Translations under genes and position numbers: made by a program
Assembly: GCA_964016885.1 (NCBI GenBank)
Contig: OZ024748.1
Span: 48,732,001-48,796,000 of the forward strand
Source of the DNA: Eledone cirrhosa
Lineage: Eukaryota
Reading direction: 5' to 3'
DNA: 64,000 nt
In this document: positions 26,000 to 39,809 of the stretch, in pieces
How positions within the stretch are numbered: the stretch's first letter is position 1
Layout of the letters: every line of letters starts with the position of its first letter
The notes under the pieces: model-generated
The model's database searches: none
What the model was told of the DNA's origin: nothing
Seen by the model: the letters and a program-made list of their open reading frames with translations, nothing else

Positions 26000-28576
26000 A
26001 TATTCTTTTACTGGTTTCAGTCATTAGCCTGTAGCTACACTGGGACACCTCTTTCAAGCCTAGTCCTTAGTTTTTTTAAGATTGGTACTTATTTTATTCA
26101 TCTCTTTTTTTAAATTGCTAAGTTACAGGGCACATGTACGCGTGCACACACACACGCACACTCTTTTACATACTGACACACATACATAAACATCTACACA
26201 CATATGTACATAACAAGAAGCTTCTGAAGTTTCTCTCTGCCAGATTTCATTCTATATATTGGTCAGCCTAAGGCTACAGTAGGAGTAAGACACTTGCTCA
26301 AGGTATTGATCAGCTTAAGGCTACAGTAGGAGTAAGATACTTGCTCAAGGTATTGGTCAGCCTAAGTCTACAGTAGGAGTAAGACACTTGCTCAAGGTAT
26401 TGGTCAACCTAAGTCTACAGTAGGAGTAAGATACTTGCTCAAGGTATTGGTCAGCCTAAGTCTACAGTAGGAGTAAGATACTTGCTCAAGGTATTGGTCA
26501 ACCTAAGGCTACAGTAGGAGTAAGACACTTGCTCAAGGTATTGGTCAACCTAAGGCTACAGTAGGAGTAAGACACTTGTTCAAGGTATTGGTCAACCTAA
26601 GGCTACAGTAGGAGTAAGACACTTGCTCAAGGTATTGGTCAGCCTAAGTCTACAGTAGGAGTAAGACACTTGCTCAAGGTATTGGTCAACCTAAGTCTAC
26701 AGTAGGAGTAAGATACTTGCTCAAGGTATTGGTCAACCTAAGGCTACAGTAGGAGTAAGACACTTGCTCAAGGTATTGGTCAACCTAAGTCTACAGTAGG
26801 AGTAAGACACTTGCTCAAGGTATTGGTCACCATAAGGCTACAGTAGGAGTAAGACACTTGCTCAAGGTATTGGTCAACCAAAGGCTACAGTAGGAGTAAG
26901 ACACTTGTTCAAGGTATTGGTCAACCTAAGGCTACAGTAGGAGTAAGATACTTGCTCAAGATATTGGTCAACCAAAGGCTACAGTAGGAGTAAGATACTT
27001 GCTCAAGGTATTGATCAGCTTAAGGCTACAGTAGAAGTAAGATACTTGCTCAAGGTATTGGTCAACCTAAGGCTACAGTAGGAGTAAGATACTTGCTCAA
27101 GGTATTGATCAGCTTAAGGCTACAGTAGTAGTAAGATACTTGCTCAAGGTATTGGTCAACCTAAGGCTACAGTAGGAGTAAGATACTTGCTCAAGATATT
27201 AATCAACCTAAGGCTCCAGTAGGAGTAAGATACTTGCTCAAGGTATTGGTCAACCTAAGGCTCCAGTAGGAGTAAGATACTTGCTCAAGGTATTAATCAA
27301 CCTAAGGCTCCAGTAGGAGTAAGATACTTGCTCAAGGTATTAATCAACCTAAGGCTACAGTAGAAGTAAGATACTTGCTCAAGGTATTGGTCAACCTAAG
27401 GCTACAGTAGGAGTAAGATACTTGCTCAAGGTATTGGTCAACCTAAGGCTACAGTAGAAGTAAGATACTTGCTCAAGATATTAATCAACCTAAGGCTACA
27501 GTAGAAGTAAGATACTTGCTCAAGGTATTGGTCAACCTAAGGCTACAGTAGGAGTAAGATACTTGCTCAAGATATTGGTCAACCTAAGGCTACAGTAGGA
27601 GTAAGACACTTGTTCAAGGTATTGGTCAACCTAAGGCTACAGTAGGAGTAAGATACTTGCTCAAGGTATTGGTCAACCTAAGGCTACAGTAGGAGTAAGA
27701 TACTTGCTCAAGGTATTGATCAGCTTAAGGCTACAGTAGAAGTAAGATACTTGCTCAAGGTATTGGTCAACCTAAGGCTACAGTAGGAGTAAGATACTTG
27801 CTCAAGGTATTGGTCAACCTAAGGCTACAGTAGGAGTAAGACACTTGCTCAAGATATTAATCAACCTAAGGCTACAGTAGAAGTAAGATACTTGCTCAAG
27901 GTATTGGTCAACCTAAGGCTACAGTAGGAGTAAGATACTTGCTCAAGGTATTGGTCAACCTAAGGCTACAGTAGGAGTAAGATACTTGCTCAAGGTATTG
28001 GTCAACCTAAGGCTACAGTAGGAGTAAGATACTTGCTCAAGATATTAATCAACCTAAGGCTACAGTAGAAGTAAGATACTTGCTCAAGGTATTAATCAAC
28101 CTAAGGCTCCAGTAGGAGTAAGATACTTGCTCAAGGTATTGGTCAACCTAAGGCTACAGTAGGAGTAAGATACTTGCTCAAGGTATTGGTCAACCTAAGG
28201 CTACAGTAGGAGTAAGATACTTGCTCAAGGTATTGGTCAACCTAAGGCTACAGTAGGAGTAAGATACTTGCTCAAGGTATTAATCAACCTAAGGCTACAG
28301 TAAGAGTAAGATACTTGCTCAAGGTATTAATCAACCTAAGGCTACAGTAGGAGTAAGATACTTGCTCAAGGTATTAATCAACCTAAGGCTACAGTAGGAG
28401 TAAGATACTTGCTCAAGGTATTAATCAACCTAAGGCTACAGTAAGAGTAAGATACTTGCTCAAGATATTAATCAACCTAAGGCTACAGTAGTAGAACATT
28501 GCCCGAAGTGCCATACCGTGGGTTTGAACCTGAAACCAGATGATTGCAAACAAACCCCTTAACCACAGGGCCATAC
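26000..28576 (-). mobile_element. tRNA-derived SINE (family C) split by an internal minisatellite expansion
   Basis: Head at ~28495-28575 (GTGGTTAAG ... GGTTCAAACCC); the body resumes left of the array (26000-26257). Confidence 0.75.
26258..28494. repeat. 47-bp minisatellite, ~47 units
   Basis: Unit TATTGGTCAACCTAAGGCTACAGTAGGAGTAAGATACTTGCTCAAGG; period measured 26272 to 26319. Confidence 0.97.
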
Positions 28577-29167
28577 AGGCCTGCACCCATTAAAACTAGA
28601 AATCTTAATTAAAGACTTTCTTTCATTAGTTAGCTCCAAACCATTAAGTCTGCTAACATAAAGTAACCACGCCAATTATACAACAGCAGCATCAAGCTAC
28701 TTAATTACCAACATCTTATCTCTTAAACTTCCACTTCTGGTGACAGAACAGATGGACTAATTGCTCGTTTATATCACCCTCTAGTTACTGTATTTCCTAA
28801 GCAAAACACTGCCTATGATATTCAAATAATTTAGAAAATAATCAACAGAATTCTGAGGGATTTAGTAATATAATTGACTATCTCATTATTAGTAATATAA
28901 CTATCTCATTATTGTTTGAGGCTTGACAAATGTTCTTTTCTAAAATTATGGTGGATGGTTTTTAGATAAATATAAACACTTTAGAATAAACATTCTTCTA
29001 TCATAGAACCAATGGTGGTTTCAGGTGGTTTGGTCTCAAAAAGGTTGAGTGTTGGTTCACAATGCTGGAATTTCATAATGCTTGTTTCCTGTGGTTGTTT
29101 GCTGCTTGTTGCTCTGGTGCAACGACTACATGTAAAGCCTACATTCTTAGCTAAACTTCCTGAGATC

Positions 29168-29202
<35 letters not shown>

Positions 29203-29205
<3 letters not shown>

Positions 29206-29392
29206 CGAAGGAAGTGTGGTAAGGAACCAGTTAGACCATAACGCACTAGAGTACTCAATACTTAGGGTAGTAGAGTGGGTAATAGGAAAATGTATAACGC
29301 CGACGGCAGAGCTCAAGCCGTTTCGACAGTTATTTCTAGAAATAGCTGTCGAAATGGCTTGAGCTCTGCTGTCGGGGTCATACTTTTTCCTA
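29203..29392. mobile_element. ~190 bp fold-back element, copy 2
   Basis: Same sequence and ends as 990-1184; spacer-less centre TTTCTAGAAA; inserted in (TA)n. Confidence 0.75.
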
Positions 29393-29510
29393 TATATATA
29401 TATAAATATATATATATATAACACATATGCATACATATGCATTATATATATATATATATGTGTGTTAAACTTCGTGACAAAGTGAAGCCTCAACTTTGAG
29501 TTTACCCCAT

Positions 29511-29573
<63 letters not shown>

Positions 29574-30808
29574 ATCATTTAATGTTTTCCCTGATATAAT
29601 ATAAAATCAAATCAATTGAGTTAGTAGCTGTTATTCTTCATATAAATTACTTTACAATATTAAAACTATTTGTCATTAACACTAAACAATAAAATAACAT
29701 AAAAAGCTTTATTTAAAAAAAAACCCACAAAAAACAACAAAAAATGAAACAATGATTTTAAATTTACAAAAATGTTGTTTTAAAATAATGCCAGAAAGTT
29801 TAACCAAAACATCTCTGACTATTTGATAAATTGTTATATTATGAAGTATTATTTCTCCCTACTAAATATAACTTTGGTGCCATTATATTGTTAAATGTTA
29901 TATTTGACATCAATACCAAAGGTAGCATGTTGTTGTTAATACTATTGTTGTTACCATTCTACAATCAATAAAGAGAGAAACTTTTGTGGGGAGGGCTGGA
30001 GAATTATATATACTAGCAGAAAAACCACCCTTAGGGTGGTTTTCTGCTAGCATGTGTAGTGTGTATATTGATATTATACACAAATATATATGCATGTAAA
30101 TAAAATCATAATTGACAATATTCACAGAAATTGAACGAAGCCTGTGTTACACTGTCTTCTGTAATCAGTAAAGTAATCCATGATACATTTAAAAAAAGAC
30201 AATATTATATATAAACTGCATTAGGAGAAAATTAACGACGGAAATATATGCGATTATAAGTGTTATAATATAACGGCTGCTAACCGGAAGTGTTGACATT
30301 TGACAATTTTAAAGAAGTGAATCTTTAAATAAGCTATAAAATATATTTAATGCCAACCACTTTACAGTGTGTAACGGGAGCATTACACACACACACATAC
30401 ACACACATACACACACACACACACACATATGTACATACACACACACACATATATATATATGTACACACAGACACACACATATATATATGTACACAGAGAC
30501 ACACACATATGTACATACACAGAGACACATATATATATATGTACACACACACAGACACACCCATATGTACATAAACACAGACACATATATATGTACACAC
30601 ACACACACACACATGCACACACACACACACACACACACATGTACATACACCCACACACACACACCAACCTGCAAATTATATTTATTTACTATGGTTTTAT
30701 TTTTTTATAAATGAAAAGTGAAATGTGAAAATGAAAATTTATTTCCCCATGACTAGAAAAAAAAGTTGAATCTTTTTGGTGTAATGGGAGATATCTAAAA
30801 TTATAAAT

Positions 30809-30908
<100 letters not shown>

Positions 30909-31039
30909 ACATATAAATACATGTGTGTGTGTACATATATGTACATATAAATACATAAAAACCAAAATTTGTTTTCGCTTTTAACAAGATGGATACCTAA
31001 ATGTATTTCTGAGTGAATAATAATAATATTATAACATTA

Positions 31040-31398
31040 TTGGTGGATTGGCAGTATTGGTAGAGGGTTGGACACCATGCTTTGATGCATAGAGTTACGG
31101 CCCTTGCCATTCTCAGTTCAAATCCTGCCGAGCTTAACTTTGCCTTTCATCCTTACGGGGTCGATAAAATAAAGTACCAGTAATGCACTGGGTAATTGCT
31201 GGCCTTGTGCCAAAAGTAGAAACAATTATTAATAGTCAGACACCATGCTTTGAAGCATAGAGTTACGTCTCTTTATGATCTGAGTTCAAATCCCGCCGAG
31301 GTTAACTTTGCCTTTCATCCTTACGGGGTCATTAAAATAAAGTACCAGTAATGTACTGGGAAATTGCTGGCCTTGTGCCTAAAGTAGAAACAATTATT
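31040..31398 (+). mobile_element. Two tandem SINE family A copies
   Basis: 31040-31230 and 31236-31398. Confidence 0.9.
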
Positions 31399-31439
31399 AA
31401 TACTTAGTTTGTTTACAAGTAAACAGCCTCATAAACACC

Positions 31440-31645
31440 ATGTGGTGGATGAACAACTTCATTCTTTTGTTCCAGCGATAGCCGAGAGAAGACAATTGAC
31501 AATTGTTTCGGAGTGTCTTGCTCCTTGTTAAGACTGTGTACCCCACTGTTTGCCACCCACTGGAACTGCTGGGTATATATAGTATTGTCAAATGTATACT
31601 TCAGTTGATTAGCCTCATTTGCATACCAAGGGATTTTATGGCCAT
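31440..31645 (-). mobile_element. PLE pLTR-like fragment with decayed HHR (31492-31537)
   Basis: Minus: GGTATGCAAATGAGG ... ACAGTC-TTAACAA-GGAG CAAGACA CTCC-GAAAC AATT GTC-AATTGT; homologous to 42835-43020. Confidence 0.6.
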
Positions 31646-32869
31646 AATAATAATAAGTAAGAAAAGGTGAAGAAGATAAAGGAGCAGAAGGAGGGGTGAA
31701 GTAGATAAAGGAGAAGGAGGAGGGGTGAAGAAGATAGAGGAGAAGGGGGAGAAGGAGGAGGATGGGTGGGGGAAGTTAAAGAGGGAGGAGGAGGGATAAA
31801 GAAGATAGAGGAGGAGTAGGAGGTGAAGAAGATGGAAGAGGTGGGGTGAAGAGGGTAGAGTAGGAGTAGGAAGTGAAGAAGATAAAGGAGGAGGAGGAGG
31901 AGGTGAAGAAGAAGAAGTATTTGTGGTGAAATCTGCATTAGAATGACGAGAGCCGGCTGCAGAGTAAGAAGATTGTGTGTCATTTGCTATAAGATAAAAT
32001 CCCACATAAGAACCTTTTATCTGTAGGATTGGCAAATATGAAGGAAGCTACAAATATCTCCAAAGCTAATGGATTGATATGGCAGTAATGATATAATATA
32101 ACTTAACATTGATATGGTAGTACTGATATACTATAACTTAACGTTGACCAAAGGCAAAACTACTGCCATAATATGTTATAATATCACTAACAGAACTGCA
32201 GGGAGGAAAAAAACCTATCTAAATATTATTTTGAAGATATTCGGTGGTGGTGGTGGTGTTGGTGGTGGTGGTGTTGGTGGTGGTGGTGTTGGTGGTAGTG
32301 GGGGAGGTGGTGGCGGCAGCAGCCGTGGCAACGGTGTTGTTGGTAAGTGGTGGTAGTGTTGTTGTTGTTGGTGCTGGTAGTGTGGGAGGTGGTGGTGGCA
32401 ATGGTGTTGTTGGTAAGTGGTGGTAGTGTTGTTGTTGTTGTTGCCAGGATTGGAGTTAAAAAAACAGACAAGAAGCAGAAACAATCCCTCAAATAGAGAA
32501 ATAGAAAGACACATGCACTCATATGCACTCACACACATGTACATGCATTCAGATGCACTCACACACACATATACATGCATTCACACATGCACTCATATGC
32601 ACTCACACACATGTACATGCATTCAGATGCACTCACACACACATATACATGCATTCACACATGCACTCACACACATGTACATGCATTCACACATGCACTT
32701 ACACACACATGTACATGCATTCACACATGCACTCATATGCACTCACACACATGCAGTTACACGCATGTACATGCACTCACACACACATTTACTAACACAC
32801 ACCACCCACACACACACACACACACACACCACACACAAAGCACACATCGCACACACACACAGACACACA

Positions 32870-33735
32870 CTCTACTTTTGGCACAAGGTCAACAATTACT
32901 CAGTGTATTACTGGTATTTTATTTTATCGACCCCGTAAGGATGAAAGGCAAAGTTAACCTTGGCAGGAATTGAACTCAGAATGGCAAGGGCCGTAACTCT
33001 ATGCGTCAAAGCATGGCACCCGACCCTCTACCGATACTGCCAATCCCCCGCCCTTACATGATAATAATAGTAATAATAAGAGATAGAAATAACAGAAATG
33101 TGGATGATGGAAAACAGAAATTATCCCTATAATAGGTGTTCTGGGAATGATAAAACAACACACAGACAAATACGTAACCCAAACCCCATGACTTACAAAT
33201 ATATACAGCATACATTAAACAGCACTACTAGGCACTCTGCACACATATGAAGAGTCCTGACAATACAATACCAATATCTATACTGCACATAACCAAGGTG
33301 CATACATCTGCATTTCATAATGCAGTGAAGGTGCACAATAAAAACAACAATAATAATTATTATAACAATAATAATAATTGTTTCTGATTTAGGCACAAGG
33401 TCAACAATTTGAGGGGTGGGGAATGTCGATTAAGTTGGCCCCCAATGCATTACTGGTGATTTATTTTATCGGCCTTGTAAGGATGAAAAGCAAAGCTATC
33501 CTTGGCAGGATTTGAACTCAGAACATAAAGGGCCATAACTCTTTCTCTGGTGCTCTACCGAGTCTGCCAATCTACGACCCTCTAATAATAATTGTTTCTA
33601 CTTTGGGCACAAGGCCAGCAATTACCCAGTATATTACTGGTACTTTATTTTATCGACCCCGTAAGGATGAAAGGCAAAGTTAACCTCGGCGGGATTTGAA
33701 CTCAGAATGGAAAGGGCCGCAACTCTATGCGTCTG
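32870..33735 (-). mobile_element. Three SINE family A copies
   Basis: ~32870-33055, 33375-33580, 33585-33735. Confidence 0.88.
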
Positions 33736-34204
33736 GTAATTAATGCAGAAAAGTTGTTTAATTAGATCATTTGGAAAGTCCTCAATGCTGAGTAAGGACA
33801 GATTCAGTATAGAAGGAGGACTTTAATAGAAGAGGGGACAATATTGTTTTAAAGCACAGGTTGTGTTCAGATAGGAAACATAATTAAACTGGTCACAACA
33901 ACAACAACAACAACAACAACAAAAACAACAACAGTAGTCAGTGTTAATCAGAAGTCACATGCACTGACACACATTTCTATAATTAATGAGGGAGTAGGGG
34001 ATGTGATCTTTTATTTCAGTCTTGCATGAATTAGTTGATAGAAATATCAATCAAAGGTTTCATATATAACTTTAGATACATATTTATATTTACATTGATT
34101 TGGGAATAAACATTAAAACTGGAGCTGAGCCAAGCTGATGACTTGGTTTCAATTCCCATGTGAAAACAATTTAATTCACTTGTGTCATAAACCGTTTTGT
34201 GTCA

Positions 34205-34617
34205 GTAACCTTTTCATTACCATATTTATAATGAAAGACACTGCAGATGATTTTCAAATAATTTTGAAAATAATCAAGAATTTGGAAAGATTTAGTAATA
34301 TAACTAACTTTCTTGTTATTAAGCTGGTGTTTTAAGCATGACAAAGTTTCTTATAAAATTAAGATGGAAGGCTTTTAGATAAATATACTAATTTCACATC
34401 ACCAAACTGGAACATAACCCTTTTGATACCATATCTCAGTTTTGTTACCATATCTCAGTTGATTTTCAAATAATTTGGAAACTAATCAACAATTTGAAAG
34501 GATTTAGTAATATAACTATTTTGCCCATCACCAAACTGGTGCCTGTAACATAACTTAACCATTTCATTACTGTATTTCTCCTGAAAGACATTGCATATGG
34601 GATTCAAATAATTTTGA
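34205..34617 (+). repeat. Tandem fragments of an unclassified interspersed repeat
   Basis: ATTTTCAAATAATTTTGAAAATAATCAAGAATTTGGAAAGATTTAGTAATATAAC recurs here and at ~28785-28975 and 17040-17090. Confidence 0.6.
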
Positions 34618-34618
34618 G

Positions 34619-34654
34619 TCTTAACGTTTCGGACGCTAGTCCTTCATCAGAAGA
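34619..34654 (-). ncRNA. Type I hammerhead motif (same family as 7953-7988)
   Basis: Reverse complement TCTT-CTGATGA-AGGACTAGCGTCC-GAAACGTT-AAGA. Confidence 0.75.
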
Positions 34655-34729
34655 TAGGATGAGAAATAAAAGATGAAATAGAAAGATAGAGAGTGAGAAA
34701 CGAAAACAATTTTTTTAGAAAATATATAT

Positions 34730-35592
34730 ATCATCATCATCATCATCATCGTTTAACGTCTATCTTCCACACTAGCATGGGTTAGACGAGAATTGTACCA
34801 CTTGAGGCAAGATTGATCGAGTGGCCATGTCTCACTCATATAGGACTGTATCTGGCAGGTTTTCTATGGCAGGATGCCCTTCTTAACACCAACCACATTT
34901 ACAGTGTTTCCTACACGGTCACTTTGCAGCGTGGACTGTGTTTTTTTGTTGTGGCACCTACATGACCACTTTAGTTTTGGCTGGATGTTGTGGTACCAAC
35001 AAAGAAAGGGTGGTGTTGGTGGAAGTGGGAGGATGAAGTAGTGGTAGTGGGTTGGGGTGTATATTTGGTTAGGAGGGGCCCACTGACTGTAGGTTAACTT
35101 TCTACAGAGGGAAGGCGTGTCTTCTGTATTACTGCATGATGCCAAAGATCTCGATCCAGTGACATTGTCTTAGAGAGGTGTAAGTGTGCAAGGTCAGATT
35201 TTATCATGTCGTCCCAGTTTTTTCTGGGTCTATCTACTCCGTAACTTCCATCAATTTTGATCGCCCTGCACTTTTTTATACAGCTGTCGTCTTCCATGCG
35301 CATCACATGACCATACTAACGTAATCTTCTCTCAAGTAAACAGCATCTGATCCCTCTTATTCCTAATTTCTCACTTAGTTTGTTTATGTTTTGCCGTTCA
35401 TATATATTACTAATACACATTCAACGGAGCGTGCATGCTTCATTCCTTTCCAACCGGCGCAGGTCTTCTGCACATAATGCCCATGTCTCACTGCCATGTA
35501 ATATTTTTAGAGAGAAACCTTTTGTGGCCAACAGCGGTATTAGCTCTCTGAACTTTTTCCCTCCCGTTCTAACTCTGGCTATTGTACGTCCA
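34730..35592 (-). mobile_element. 5'-truncated RTE LINE
   Basis: RVRTGGKKFRELIPLLATKGFSLK..LHGSETW..; MRMEDDSCIKKCR..RPRKNW; 3' UTR and (GAT)n tail. Confidence 0.9.
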
Positions 35593-36677
35593 GAGCCTCC
35601 ACATACAGTATGTGGACACACACATATATATGTGTATTATTCACATTTCACTGTCTATCTTAACTAAAAACTCTTATTGCTCTCCCATCCTCCCAAATAA
35701 AATAAAATAAAAACAAGGTTTTAAATAGTTTATCTTTTTTTTTTATTGAATATATTTTTTATTTGTTATTGATAAAAGCAAGTGTTTTGTGGTTAAAAAC
35801 TAAATTGAGGTTGGGTGAAGAAGTGTGGGGTGGGTGAGGGGTGGTGGGTGTGTGGAGGTTCATCAGCTGCTGTCCAAATAAATAATGGTTAAAATTAGTA
35901 AAAAAAAAAAATCAGGTAAAAAGCCAAATCAGGTAAAAAAAAATCACCTTTACTTCCTCCTGTGAGGATTGCTTGGCACCCAGCAGTCATTATATATATA
36001 TGCTTGTGCTAGAATTGAGCTTGGAGTACTTTTATTTTAATTGTGGATTTAAAAGAAATTCTTTATCTACCTCACTACATAATATTATAATAAATGATTT
36101 CATTGCACCAAAGCAGACATGTAATTATAATTCTTTTGTTGGTATAATTAAACTTGTCTTTGATAGAGATTGTCATGATTTTACAAAACTGTTGACATAG
36201 ATTTATTTCCTAAATAAACAGTGTGTTGCAACCAAGAGCTGAAACAATTTCAGAAAGCAGGAGCTCAATATGAGCCAGAGTTCTTGTTTGTTTAGTTTTC
36301 ACATTTTTGTTATCTCTTGCATCTAATTAGAACAGCTTTGAAGGTCTGGGGACATCTTAAATAATAATAATAATAATAATAATGATAATAGGAATAAAAG
36401 ACCTCTCATTATATTTCATGTTACCAGCAGCTTTTGATATCAGCATCAGTTAGTAATAACAGATCTTTTGATCAAGTTATCTGAATTTTTTTATGAAGTT
36501 ATCTATAAATTATTGTTGAATTTAATTTGTAATTTAGAAATTTATGAAATGATAATTAATGAATAATAATCATACATTTACACAACTGAGTTATTCCTGA
36601 ATGGTGGAAATGTGATGGTATTTGTTAAAACGGACATGAGCAACCTTTTTCAAGCATTGGACCACATAGTATGTGGC

Positions 36678-37113
36678 TTAGCATTCAAACTGGCTGTATC
36701 CGGCCAGAATTCTGTCACCTCTTCTGTTCAAATCGGCCTCAACCGGCCACTCATACCAATGTTAAAGTATTGTTCTCAAAATAAATAATATCAAAATCTC
36801 ATAAATTTGATATTATGTGAGATAAAGTCTTTACTGCGAAAATACAATAGTATATAGAGAATAATTGTTTCTACTTTTGGCACAAGGCCAGCAATTACCC
36901 AGTGCATTACTGGTACTTTATTTTATCGACCCTGTAAGGATGAAAGGCAAAGTCAACCTCGGCGTGATTTGAACTCAGATCGTAAAGGGACGTAACTATG
37001 CTGGAAAGCATGGCGTCCGACCCTCTACCGATACTGCCAATCCACCGCCGTTGCCATATATATTCTATATATACAATAGTATATAGAGAATAATGCAAAT
37101 GCTAAAGGGTTAA
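36678..37113. mobile_element. piggyBac-type MITE copy 3, interrupted by SINE A (36866-37055, -)
   Basis: Right TIR and TTAA intact; SINE flanked by the 24-bp direct repeat ATACAATAGTATATAGAGAATAAT (36842-36865, 37071-37094). Confidence 0.82.
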
Positions 37114-37157
37114 AGAATTCAAGGCAATTTTGAAATTAGGCATGTCATACAGAAAGT

Positions 37158-37370
37158 GATGGCGTGTAGCCTATTGGTAAGTGTGTTGGACTTATGATCA
37201 TAATGCCATGGGTTTAATTCTTAGACTAGTATACTCAGTTGAGCATGAGTAGTAGCAGTAGTAGCTGATAGACTGGTGTCCTGTCCAGTGGGGAAGTCTT
37301 GAACTCTCAATTGTTTGTCACAGAAACCAGTATAAGTACTGGCCTGATGAACCTTTGAGCTTGAGACAGA
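37158..37370 (+). mobile_element. Degenerate tRNA-derived SINE with V-domain-like body
   Basis: tRNA-like head, then GATAGACTGGTGTCCTGTCCAG ... CAGAAACC ... GGCCTGATGA, as remembered for V-SINEs. Confidence 0.5.
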
Positions 37371-37453
37371 ATTTAGATTCAGAAAGCCAAATGGGTTGCA
37401 TGTGCTTCACAGGCCACATTGGCCCATGACTGGGTTAACAACTATATACGATA

Positions 37454-37505
<52 letters not shown>

Positions 37506-37714
37506 TATACACACACACAGAGAAAGAGAGGGAGAGAGAGTCTGTAGTGCTGAGACGAGGAAGACCACTAATCATGACTGGTTTAAACAAAAACACATTT
37601 CTGTTATAGTATAAACCCATAGACGTTAATTTAACAAGTAGGCTGTTCCATTGATCAAACAACTGCAACACTTATTGTCGAAATTTACTTCAACTATTGT
37701 TATGTAGAGGGTAT

Positions 37715-37960
37715 GGATATTTAAGGCATTACTGCAGAAAAATGGCCGGCCCAAGAGATCCGCTGCAACAACCACTGCAATCTCACGGGGCTCCCTCCTC
37801 AAGTGGGCTGTTGTCTTTCCAATCTTATGGAGGAAATCAACAGTGCGGGGACTAAGGACTCCAGAGGTCTCGGTAGAGACCAGTACAAAGAGGAAGTGGC
37901 TGGTCGTCTCCTCTGCATTGCAGGCAGGCAGCAGAGCTTGGATTTGTGGCTGAAGCGACA
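37715..37960 (-). mobile_element. CRE-like element 3' fragment
   Basis: FVLVSTETSGVLSPRTVDFLHKIG...RREPRE...NALNI, the same region as 22920-23090. Confidence 0.65.
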
Positions 37961-39366
37961 AGTCTGGAGGGAGGTAGAGAACAAGTCACTGCATATAAAT
38001 TATGTTGAAACCAATGGAGGTTCATTTACTTTAACTATAATTATGTAGAGTGTATGGATATTTAAGGCAATAGTGAACCATACAACAAGCTGTGAGGTCT
38101 TCACTGGTTGTGTAGCATTTTTTCCATAGCCAAGACATCTAACTCCTTCTCAATTTTGTGTTCATATAAGTGTAAATGTGGTTGATATTAGTATGGGCAT
38201 CCAGCCGTAGAAACCAAGCCAGAGACAATCATCTGATCTGTCTTGTCTCACAACAGGGCAACTTATCTAACCCATGCTAGCGTGAACAATGGATATTAAA
38301 TGGTGGTGGTGGTGGTGGTGGTGGTGGTGGTGGCTGTTGCTGCTGAATAGGTGTCATAGATGGTAGAATTTGACATTGTAGACAATGGCAGCAGTATTAA
38401 ATTGATGAATGATGCATTATCTTGTACTGCCAATTCCACTAACAAAAAAGATTACTCACAAAATAGACTTGCAACCTATCCAGGAGGAAAGTTATCTCTC
38501 ATCTTTATAGCTCAGAAATAGGATGTGCGCCAATTCCATGTAGCTTTTTCAATTTCGGAAAAGATCAGCATTTACCTACAGACATAGAGAAGTTTAGATT
38601 AGTATGTTCTCTCTAGTGATAAAAAAAAAAAATGATGGTAAAAAAAGAAGGTCAGGTTATATTCGGATCAGCTTTTATTCGATTATATACAGTACATCAT
38701 TGATTTGAGTCACCAGGGGGTATATCAACTAATGTTCTGACATGACCTGCTCACTAAATAAACGTAGTGCCGATCTTCAGATCGGGTCAAGGAAATAATG
38801 TTTCCATTCCATTGTTGATATTATCTGTCGGTCTCCTGGCAGAAGGAACTATGCAACATCAAGTATTTTGCTCAAGAACATGATACACTGGTCAGTCCAA
38901 GAATCAAACCCATAAGCTGGTCAGTCCAAGAATCAAACCCACAAGCCTGACACCCTAACAACTAGGCCACGTGCCTTCACTACTACACACTGAAGATATA
39001 GCTTACAGAGAAATTATTCCTGTAAACAAAATCATTTTAAGAAATTAATTTATAACAAAATATATAAAACAAAATCTTCTTTGTGAAATCCTGAAATTCT
39101 ACTCTTGCAAATTGAATGAAATATACAAAATATATTGGATGTTTAAAATGTTTTTTTTCTTCTGTTTTTTAAGGGGTGGAGGTTCAAGAATTCGTTAAAA
39201 ATCGACACGACATAATAACAATCAGAAGTATATATTAATGAAATATGAGATTAGTTTCAAAGATGTCAGCATTATAAATTAAATGAAAACAGACATTTTA
39301 TTGTGTGCTGCTTCTTCAATCTTTGATCAAATTTAAATACACACACGTGTGTGTGTGAGTGTGTAT

Positions 39367-39425
<59 letters not shown>

Positions 39426-39713
39426 CACACACAATATATGTGTGTTTGTAAATAGTGATCATCATAACAAAGGGATTAAAATATGAAATGAAAACCAAAT
39501 TAAGCTAACTATAATTGAAATATATATAAATTAAGAAATATAAATTAATATAAAGACAACGAAAGAAATTGAAGGAAATGAAACCAAGTGGAATAAATAA
39601 ATAAATGAAAGTTCCAGAAGCAGATTAGAGAAAGAAAGTTAACTTTAAAGACATGATGGAAGATTTAGATGACATTGAAAACATTACAAGAAGATTAATA
39701 TATATATATAAAG

Positions 39714-39763
<50 letters not shown>

Positions 39764-39809
39764 ACACACATACATAATATATATGTATATACACACCCAT
39801 ATATATATA

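Noticed and set aside
26258-28494. CRISPR-like array (also considered for 3795-4752, 53662-54575 and 62620-63750)
   Set aside because: Units are head-to-tail with no unique spacers; no cas genes; eukaryotic context.
37343-37370. CTGATGA...GAGAC as a possible hammerhead
   Set aside because: Part of a SINE body; stems do not form.
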